Shown here: positions 14,429 through 20,598 of the stretch, in pieces
Layout of the letters: the number at the start of each line of letters is the position of its first letter
How positions within the stretch are numbered: position 1 is the stretch's first letter
DNA from: Sphaerisporangium fuscum
GTDB taxonomy: Bacteria > Actinomycetota > Actinomycetes > Streptosporangiales > Streptosporangiaceae
DNA: 24,000 nt
Assembly (NCBI RefSeq): GCF_018531465.1
Contig: NZ_JAHDTF010000005.1
Coordinates: 262,574 to 286,573, forward strand
Direction: 5' to 3'
Translations under genes and position numbers: made by a program
The notes under the pieces: model-generated
The model's input: only the letters and a program-made list of their open reading frames with translations
Database searches by the model: none
Told to the model about the DNA's origin: nothing

Positions 14429-15527
14429 GGTCGTCGCCCAGAGCCGCCGCGATCTCGGCCGCGCGGGAGTGGTCGCCCAGGCGGCGGGTCAGGTACGCGG
14501 CGCCGTGGCGATGCCGGCGCGACCACCAGGCGGCGGAGCCGCCGATGCCGCCCTTGGCGATCTTGCCATGGTCGCGGACGAAGCCCAGCGTCCACGTGAT
14601 CCGGGTGCCGAAGACCTCATCGAAGTCCGTGACCTGCGGCTCCAGCAGCTCAGCGTGCAGCTCCGGCCCGAGCAGCCGGCGTACGGGACCGTCCTCGGCG
14701 GTGAGCTCCGCGAAGAAGCGGGCCATGGCGGTGGCGGTGGCGTGCAGGTTGACCGCGCCGAAGACCGACTGCCGCCAGGCCCGGGAGTTGGCCCGCTCGA
14801 CGTCGAGCACGCCGCCAGGGATCTGCAGCCACGGGGCCGCGTGCAGCAGGCGCGGCCAAGCCGGATCGGCGTACTCCAGGTCGGCGACGCGGCCCAGCTC
14901 GTCGTCCGGCACTCCGAACCAGGCGTCCAGGCCCAGCGCGGGGCGCACCACCCCGTCGTACACCTCGTGCAACGTGGTGCCGGCCGCCGCGCGCAGGATG
15001 CCGTCGACGAGGTGGCCGTAGGTCAGCGCGTGCTCGCCGAGCGAGCTGCCGGGTGGGTACTCCGGAGCCGCCGCCACCAGGCTCTCGCGCAGCGCGGCGT
15101 CGTCCAGCAGGTCCACCTCCGCCGCCGCGACCGGGAAGCGGGGCTGGCCGGCCCGGTGGGTGAGCACCTGCCGCAGCGTGGTCGCCTCCTTGCCGTTGAG
15201 ACCGTACGCGGGCCAGTGGCGGGCGATCGGCTCGTCCAGCGTCAGTGCGCCATCGCGCACCGCCACCAGGGCGGCGAGCGTGACGAACGACTTCGAGAGC
15301 GAGTAGGGCTGGACCAGCGTGCCCGCCTGCCAGGGACGGGTCCGCGCCGCATCGGCCCACCCCGCGTCGAGCCGGACGACCTCGCGCTCGTCCTTCCACA
15401 CCGACACGCCCGCCCCGGTCTCCCTGCCCTCGTCCACCAGCTTCCGGAAGACCTCGCGTACCGGCTCGTACCCATCCGCGACGAACCCTTCGACCTTCAC
15501 CCACGCTCTCCCTTCGCCGGAAGCCAC
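14406..15527 (-). CDS. Serine hydrolase, beta-lactamase/transpeptidase fold (class C / EstB-like esterase family), cytoplasmic
   Basis: The SxxK motif is in QPYSLSKSFVTLAALVAV. There is no signal peptide. Typical family length is about 370 aa. The start is GTG 15527; an internal GTG (VKVEGF...) is an alternative. Confidence 0.85.
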   Translation of the reverse strand: MASGEGRAWVKVEGFVADGYEPVREVFRKLVDEGRETGAGVSVWKDEREVVRLDAGWADAARTRPWQAGTLVQPYSLSKSFVTLAALVAVRDGALTLDEPIARHWPAYGLNGKEATTLRQVLTHRAGQPRFPVAAAEVDLLDDAALRESLVAAAPEYPPGSSLGEHALTYGHLVDGILRAAAGTTLHEVYDGVVRPALGLDAWFGVPDDELGRVADLEYADPAWPRLLHAAPWLQIPGGVLDVERANSRAWRQSVFGAVNLHATATAMARFFAELTAEDGPVRRLLGPELHAELLEPQVTDFDEVFGTRITWTLGFVRDHGKIAKGGIGGSAAWWSRRHRHGAAYLTRRLGDHSRAAEIAAALGDDLTVVGED

Positions 15528-15575
15528 AATAGTACCGCTACGGGGTATGGGTAGTACCGGCGTGGCTATTGTGGC
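15523..15575. promoter_or_regulatory. 10-bp inverted repeat GCCACAATAG...CTATTGTGGC enclosing two TAGTACCG direct repeats
   Basis: The arms lie at 15523..15532 and 15566..15575. TAGTACCG occurs at 15530..15537 and 15552..15559. The left arm overlaps the hydrolase GTG start. The element sits in the divergent region with the nitroreductase gene. Confidence 0.4.
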
Positions 15576-15675
15576 GGTTGTGTCGTCACATCCTGAGCCC
15601 CTTCGCCAACAGCCCGTGTTCCGCGCTCATGGTGATCTTGACGGAGGCGCTCGGACCGGTCCACCGGCGTCAGGT

Positions 15676-16245
15676 ATGAACACCCCGCAGCTCACATCGG
15701 CGCTACAGGGGCGTTTCAGTCCCCTGCGCTTCGATCCGAACCACCAGCTGTCCGACGCGGACGTCGTGACCGTGCTGGAGGCAGCCAGGTGGGCCCCCTC
15801 TGCCGGGAACGCTCAGCCCTGGTCGTTCCATGTGCGCCGGCGAGGAGAGGAGGGGCACGATCAACTTGTCGAACACCTCGCCGCGAGCTCACGCCGATGG
15901 GCACCCGCCGCCAGCGCGCTGGTCGTCAACATGGCTCGTCGCGAAGTCGACGACAGCGGCATGACCTACTCCGAGTTCGCCGACTACGACCTCGGCCAGG
16001 CGGTGGCCCACATGACTGTGCAGGCCCACGCGATGGGCCTGGCCTGCCGGCAGTTCCGCGCCTTCGATCTCGAAGGACTGCACGACACGCTCGGAGTCAG
16101 GCCCGGTTGGCACATCCTCACGATGACGGCCATCGGAGTTCCGCCCCGAGGCGACACGACACCGCCTGCACGAGAGCGCCGGAGCATCGTGGACCTACGA
16201 ACCGCAGGAGTGTCGTCTCCACCACACAGGCGTCTACAGGGGTGA
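15676..16245 (+). CDS. Nitroreductase-family protein
   Basis: RFSPLRFDPNHQLSDADVVTVLEAARWAPSAGNAQPWSFHV is the typical nitroreductase N-terminal signature. ATG 15676 was chosen because the track start (15319) is antisense to the neighbouring gene. Confidence 0.85.
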   Translation: MNTPQLTSALQGRFSPLRFDPNHQLSDADVVTVLEAARWAPSAGNAQPWSFHVRRRGEEGHDQLVEHLAASSRRWAPAASALVVNMARREVDDSGMTYSEFADYDLGQAVAHMTVQAHAMGLACRQFRAFDLEGLHDTLGVRPGWHILTMTAIGVPPRGDTTPPARERRSIVDLRTAGVSSPPHRRLQG

Positions 16246-16376
16246 GCAGGACGGGTCTGCGGTGAACACGCCCGATCCGCCCTCGGGGCCGGAGTCCTCC
16301 ACCGCGATCAAGTCCTCCGGCCCTGCCACCGCCGAGGCCGGCAGCGGGTTTCGTGGATCGGTCGCCGCGGGACGGC

Positions 16377-16405
16377 GGGTTCCTCCGCTGCCGGCGGAGG
16401 AACCC
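16377..16405. terminator. Perfect 12-bp GC-rich hairpin between convergent genes
   Basis: GGGTTCCTCCGC tgccg GCGGAGGAACCC lies between the nitroreductase stop (16245) and the DUF397 stop (16427). Confidence 0.5.
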
Positions 16406-16426
16406 CCGAATGCGCGGGGACGCGGA

Positions 16427-16639
16427 TCAGAAGTCGAACTCGCCCTTCTTGGCGCCGTCGATGAACGCACTCCACACACTCGCGCTCAACACGAACGGCT
16501 CCTTCTCCGGAGCCTCGGTATCCCTCACCCCCACCCGCCCACCGGCCAGCGGAGCCACCTCCAGGCAGTTCCCCTGGTCCGACCCACTCTTGGTCGCCTT
16601 GCGCCAGGCAGCCGTCCTCAGCTCATCGTTCAGGTCCAC
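16427..16639 (-). CDS. DUF397 (BldB-like) small protein
   Basis: VDLNDELRTAAWRKATKSGSDQGNCLEVAPLAGGRVGVRDTEAPEKEPFVLSASVWSAFIDGAKKGEFDF has the WRKS..S....CVEVA...V.VRD...P signature. Its GTG start overlaps the upstream XRE gene end by 10 nt. Confidence 0.85.
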   Translation of the reverse strand: MDLNDELRTAAWRKATKSGSDQGNCLEVAPLAGGRVGVRDTEAPEKEPFVLSASVWSAFIDGAKKGEFDF

Positions 16640-17448
16640 TGCTTCTCCGCCTCTCTGATCAACTCGATGGATGCATGCTGGGGCTGCGCCTCGGCACGCA
16701 GTCTGTCGTATCGGGCATGGATAGCTTCGACGTCTTCTGGACGATTCGAGACATGACCATGGATAGCGGATTGGATATACACCGTATCTGGGCTTCCAGG
16801 AAGCTGCGCGATCACGAAGCCGCCAAGGATGCCCGTGGTCACCCCTGCCGCCATTGGGACTACCTGGATGCCGATGCGGGGCGAATCTACAGCTTGCAGG
16901 AGGCTTGCGATCTGGCGTCGCATGATCTCCTTACTACCTATCAAGCGGTATAGAACGCCTTCGTCTAGCAGCGCGCGCAGAAGTGGCGGATTGGCCCGAG
17001 AGAATATGCCCTGTCGCTCCATCCGGGCGGCGACCGCCTTCTCCACCTGTTCGTCGGTAATGCCAGGTTCTCCCCGGATAACCGCTCTTGCTTACTCCTC
17101 CGTTTGCAGCAGGCCAGGTACCACAAGGGGTTCCCAGGTATGAAGCGTATGGGCCTCTCGTTCAATACCGAGCCACCCGCGAAACCAGTGAGGGCTCACC
17201 TCCCCGATCAATTGGTGCCACAGGTTGACGAGCTCTCCCCCTGCGCCCAGGGCGTCGTCGCAGCGGTGGACCAAGGCAGGACTGGGGGTTCGCTGTCCTC
17301 GCTCGATGAAACCCAGGAGGCTACGACTGAAGCGGGCGGCCTTGGCCAACTGCTCTTGGGTCAAATTCGCCCTTCGTCGGTATCTGCGAAGTTCGCCCCC
17401 AAAGAGGTCCAGCGAGCCCGCTGACGGTTTTTTCTGATAAGAGACCAT
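16630..17448 (-). pseudogene. WhiJ-like XRE HTH + DUF5753 regulator interrupted by an in-frame TAA (17094..17092)
   Basis: The N-terminal part, ...LTQEQLAKAARFSRSLLGFIERGQRTPS...VVPGLLQTEE, stops at TAA. The same frame continues ARAVIRGEPGITDEQVEKAVAARMERQ...DSPRIGIQVVP...HASIELIREAEKQWT. The family consensus is PGLLQTxxYARA, so the stop sits where Tyr (TAC/TAT) is expected. GC3 is lower than in the flanking genes. Confidence 0.75.
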
Positions 17449-18013
17449 CTTCTTCGTCCCGTCCGACCAGTGATGCTACAGCGGCACAGGGATGACACAG
17501 GTCGCCACGAACTGTCCCCAGAGTGTGCCCCGATTTGCGATGCAAAAAGTATCGGACCCAAGGCACCCTGTGAAGGGCTGCGGAATACACGCAGATCAAG
17601 CGCCCATCACTTATCCATCTCTCCACTCATAGCCAAGCGCGGCTCACATAGCCACCAGATATATCCGGATAAATGATGCGCGATATGTCCAAGAAAGAGG
17701 CTTCAGTATGCGCCTTTAGGCGAATGATCGCCGTACCGGGCCGATAGAGAGTTGTCGCTAATCGGTAAGCCCCACATGTCACCATCCGCCGAACGACGGC
17801 ACGGGATTGACCTGGCGACGACCCGCCACAGCGGTACCGAGCAAGGGCCCGCACAACGAGCGGGTCAGGGCGACCCGCTGACCGGCCGGTAGCCGTTGGC
17901 CGTGGCCGGGCGGTCGAGCGGCGGCAGCCGTCGGGTGGGCCACCACATATCGCGATCTGGACCCAACTCGACCCATCGAGGAGGTGGCGGCGTGATGAGA
18001 AAGGAGCGTTCAA

Positions 18014-18778
18014 GTGCACGAACACGAGGCCGGCACCGCCGCGGAACGGCGGCTGCTCACGTCCGTGCTCGGCAGTGGGACAGGGCCGAGCGGGCAGCCG
18101 CTCGGCAGTTGGACCAGATGGAGCCGGTCGCCCGTCCCCGAACCCCTGCTCGTCCAGGCGCGCACCGCCGCCCAGCTACACGAACTGATAAGTGCGGCCG
18201 AACAAATCATGCCGTACCGCCCCTCCCCGGCTCCGCCCCCGCACCGACCGATCGACCTGCCCGATGCGACACCGGCCGACCCCATTGTGCCCCCGCCCCC
18301 GCGTCGACCGGCCGACCTGCTGCAACCGGTCATCCATCCGACCGTCCCACCACCCACCCCACCCCATGGAGCACCGATGCCTGAGACACCGGACGGCGGT
18401 CTACGTACCGTCTGCTGGGACCTGCCCGGCGACCTGTCGATGATCGGTAAGGCGCGCGGAATGGTGAAAGAGATTCTCGCCGCCTGGGCCTTGCCTGATC
18501 ATCTGGCCGACGACGTGGTTCTCGCTGTCGGGGAACTGCTCGCCAACGCCATGACCTACGGGAAGCCACCGGTGAGGCTGTCACTGTGGCAGCGCGGAGG
18601 TGAGCTGTGTGTCCGTGTCTCCGACCACGGCCCGGAGCAGCCGCGTCATCTGGACCTCGGCATCGAGGCCGTACACGGCCGAGGCCTGGCCATCGTGGCC
18701 GCCCTCGCCCACGAACACGGCATCACGCCGCTTCCTGACGGGCCGGGGAAGACGGTCTGGGCGCTGTGGCGCGTCTAG
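18014..18778 (+). CDS. ATP-binding protein of the anti-sigma-factor/HATPase_c_2 type (AbaA-cluster-like) with a roughly 120-aa Pro-rich N-terminal extension
   Basis: The C-terminus CWDLPGDLSMIGKARGMVKEILAAWALPDHLADDVVLAVGELLANAMTYGKPPVRLSLWQRGGELCVRVSDHGP...GRGLAIVAALAHEHGI is typical of this type. A strong AAGGAG at 18001..18006 lies 7 nt before GTG 18014, and GC3 is high throughout the extension. ATG 18377 would give the usual roughly 133-aa form. Confidence 0.75.
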   Translation: MHEHEAGTAAERRLLTSVLGSGTGPSGQPLGSWTRWSRSPVPEPLLVQARTAAQLHELISAAEQIMPYRPSPAPPPHRPIDLPDATPADPIVPPPPRRPADLLQPVIHPTVPPPTPPHGAPMPETPDGGLRTVCWDLPGDLSMIGKARGMVKEILAAWALPDHLADDVVLAVGELLANAMTYGKPPVRLSLWQRGGELCVRVSDHGPEQPRHLDLGIEAVHGRGLAIVAALAHEHGITPLPDGPGKTVWALWRV

Positions 18779-18885
18779 GGAGCACCGCGAGGTCCACCGG
18801 TTGCCCGCCGTACGGCGGCGCCGGCTTCGCCGCACTTCCTCCCGCCGCCCCGGCGCCGAGGGAAAGCACCAGACACAGCGCCGGA

Positions 18886-18921
18886 GGAAGGACGCCGGCC
18901 GGCTCAGGCCGGCGTCCTTCC
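18886..18921. terminator. Perfect 15-bp stem hairpin downstream of the ATP-binding protein gene
   Basis: GGAAGGACGCCGGCC ggctca GGCCGGCGTCCTTCC. There is no U-tract on the + strand. Confidence 0.5.
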
Positions 18922-18961
18922 CCCGGAAATCCGGTTGGCCCGCCACCTAGGTAAACGGCCA

Positions 18962-19088
18962 GACAGTCGGCCCGGGACCGGCGTGAACGGGTGGGTGGTT
19001 GGCTCGGGGGCTTCTGGAGCAGGCGGACGGTTGGCCTCGGGCCGGCGTGAACGGGTGGGTGGTTGGCTCGGGGGGTTCGGGAGCGGAT
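18962..19088. repeat. Two tandem copies of a roughly 64-bp unit with a 33-bp identical core, upstream of the E1-like gene
   Basis: The core CCGGCGTGAACGGGTGGGTGGTTGGCTCGGGGG occurs at 18978..19010 and 19042..19074. Flanking bases are partly conserved (gtcggcc-cggga vs gttggcctcggg; cttctggagcagg vs ttcgggagcgg). A 64-bp period is not a multiple of 3, so this is not a coding repeat. Confidence 0.85.
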
Positions 19089-19150
19089 AGAACTGAGCGG
19101 TAATCACATTCTGGTCATCTCGGTCGGTCACGTGAAGGAGAAGCGGCTCC

Positions 19151-20239
19151 ATGCGATTACCTCGGGTGAAGGCGGAACACCGTCCGCACCGGTATGGCGA
19201 CGGGGTGATACGCATCGGAGGCGAGATCTACGGGCTCGCCGCCGAAATCAGTGATCCGAATGGATGGGCGTGGGCCGCGCTCGACCTGATGGACGGAACA
19301 CGCGAGACGCACGACATCATCGCCATTCTGTGCGATTCGCTGCCCGGGATTTCCCGCGGGCAGGCGCAGGTCGTCGTGGAGACCCTTGTGGCGTCCGGAT
19401 ACGTCGAAAGCGGCGACGACGCCGTACCTCCCGGGCTCCACGAGGACGAGGTGGAGAGGTACAGCCGCAACCGCGCCTTCTTCCGGCGGGCCGATCTCAC
19501 TCCGGGCGAGCACGGGTGGGAGGCACAGCTGCGGCTGAAGTCCGCGCGGGTGCTCGTCCTCGGTCTGGGCGGCACGGGAGGGCACGCGGTCTGGGCGCTG
19601 GCCGCCGCCGGAGTCGGAGCGCTGCACTGCGTCGATCCCGACGTCGTGGAGTTGTCCAACCTGAGCCGCCAGGTGCTGTACGACGAGGAGGACGTGGGCA
19701 GGCCGAAGGTCGAGGCCGCGCTGGACCGGCTCCGGCGGACGAACTCGGCGATCGAGGTGACCGGCGAGCGGCGCCGGATCTGCTCGCGGGACGACCTGGC
19801 CGCGCTGGTCGGCGGCTTCGACGTGCTCGCGCTCTGCGCCGACGAGCCGCGCGGCACCGACGGCGTCCGTATCTGGGCCGACCAGGTGTGCGCGGCGGCC
19901 GGCATTCCCTGGGTGGGCGGCGGCTACAACGGGCCTCTGGTCACCGTGGGCGTCTTCGGGCCCGGTGGCACCTGCTACGAGTGCCTGAGCGCGGCAGAGC
20001 AGGCCCGTCTGCGGCCCGGCACACCCGTGGACCTGGGAGGGCCGGGGGCGCTGGCCACCACTGCCGGGATATCGGGCCAGCTCACCGCGCACGCGGTGAT
20101 CGCGCTCCTCACCGGCGTGCCGCGCCTGACCCCCGGCTACGTCACCGGGGTCAACCTGATCGCGCCCGAGCACCACGTGTACGTACGCCACCCACCGCGC
20201 CCCGGCTGCCCCACCTGCGGGCCGGGCGAGAGGTCCTGA
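19151..20239 (+). CDS. E1-like adenylyltransferase (ThiF/MoeB/MccB superfamily) with N-terminal PqqD/RRE-like peptide-binding domain, 362 aa
   Basis: E1 core motifs are ERYSRNRAFF, the Gly-rich loop VLGLGGTGG, VDPDVVELSNLSRQ, GRPKV and LALCADE, plus two CxxC pairs (CYEC at aa 275-278, CPTC at aa 353-356). N-terminal aa 1-90 reads ...GDGVIRIGGEIYGLAAEISDPNGWAWAALDLMDGTRETHDIIAILCDSLPGISRGQAQVVVETLVASGYVE, which is RRE/PqqD-like. AAGGAG at 19135..19140 lies upstream of ATG 19151. Confidence 0.85.
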   Translation: MRLPRVKAEHRPHRYGDGVIRIGGEIYGLAAEISDPNGWAWAALDLMDGTRETHDIIAILCDSLPGISRGQAQVVVETLVASGYVESGDDAVPPGLHEDEVERYSRNRAFFRRADLTPGEHGWEAQLRLKSARVLVLGLGGTGGHAVWALAAAGVGALHCVDPDVVELSNLSRQVLYDEEDVGRPKVEAALDRLRRTNSAIEVTGERRRICSRDDLAALVGGFDVLALCADEPRGTDGVRIWADQVCAAAGIPWVGGGYNGPLVTVGVFGPGGTCYECLSAAEQARLRPGTPVDLGGPGALATTAGISGQLTAHAVIALLTGVPRLTPGYVTGVNLIAPEHHVYVRHPPRPGCPTCGPGERS

Positions 20240-20389
20240 CACCCGGCGGGCGGCCGGACCGTCGAGATCTTGTGGGGGAACGTTCACGTCTCGACCCGCC
20301 CTCGACGTGCGATGACAGGTTCCTTGACCCTGGGTTGTCATTGCATGGATCATCCAATACGTCCTTTCCCCTCCGCAGAAAGGCACGAC

Positions 20390-20497
20390 ATGGAAGAGCC
20401 GAAGTACGACGACGAGCCGGCGCCGGTCGTAGAGATCAGCATTCGGCTTCTGGACCGGGCCGAGACCACCGCGGTCAGCGGTTCCATCGGTAATTGA
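20390..20497 (+). CDS. 35-aa candidate precursor peptide MEEPKYDDEPAPVVEISIRLLDRAETTAVSGSIGN (C-terminal Asn)
   Basis: AGAAAGG at 20377..20383 lies 6 nt before ATG 20390. GC3 rises from about 50% in the preceding in-frame codons to about 80% within this ORF. A 12-13-bp terminator-like hairpin starts 9 nt after the stop. The ORF sits 150 nt downstream of the RRE-E1 gene on the same strand. Confidence 0.5.
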   Translation: MEEPKYDDEPAPVVEISIRLLDRAETTAVSGSIGN

Positions 20498-20505
20498 AAG
20501 CCGTG

Positions 20506-20533
20506 GCGGGCGGGCCCCTCGGGGCTCGCCCGC
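20506..20533 (+). terminator. GC-rich hairpin immediately after the small ORF
   Basis: GCGGGCGGGCCCC tc GGGGCTCGCCCGC has one G-U pair, and the effective loop is cctcgg-like. Confidence 0.5.
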
Positions 20534-20545
20534 TCGACCGTTCCC

Positions 20546-20584
20546 GGAGGCCGGATGGCCCGGATCGAGGTCCGGGCCACCTCC
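20546..20584 (-). terminator. Hairpin downstream of the minus-strand serine hydrolase gene
   Basis: The 9-bp stem TGGCCCGGA tcgagg TCCGGGCCA is extended by GGAGG/CCTCC across a 5-nt bulge. It lies 15 nt beyond the stop at 20599..20601. Confidence 0.4.
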
Positions 20585-20598
20585 CGTGGAGCGCGGCG

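Noticed and set aside
13229-15021. ORFs 13229..14101 (+), 13340..14317 (-), 13561..14595 (-, long form) and 13813..15021 (+)
   Set aside because: These are read-through extensions or shadows. The real genes inside them are the 73-aa HTH (13340..13561) and the 163-aa DUF2975 protein (13561..14052), each delimited by SD and start signals.
17896-18384. 162-aa ORF in an alternative frame over the 5' part of the ATP-binding protein gene
   Set aside because: GC3 is low in this frame and the translation is Arg-rich. The 18014 frame has a strong SD, high GC3 and continuity with the HATPase domain.
20270-20389. Longer versions of the small peptide ORF (75, 61 or 50 aa from TTG 20270, ATG 20312 or ATG 20345)
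   Set aside because: GC3 in this upstream in-frame stretch is only about 50%, and none of these starts has an SD. The region looks like promoter or 5' UTR. ATG 20390 has an AGAAAGG SD, and GC3 jumps after it.
19157-20493. Two 409-aa ORFs (19157..20386 minus and 19264..20493 plus) overlapping the E1-like gene
   Set aside because: These are off-frame or antisense R/G/P-rich translations. The 19151 frame carries all of the E1 motifs.
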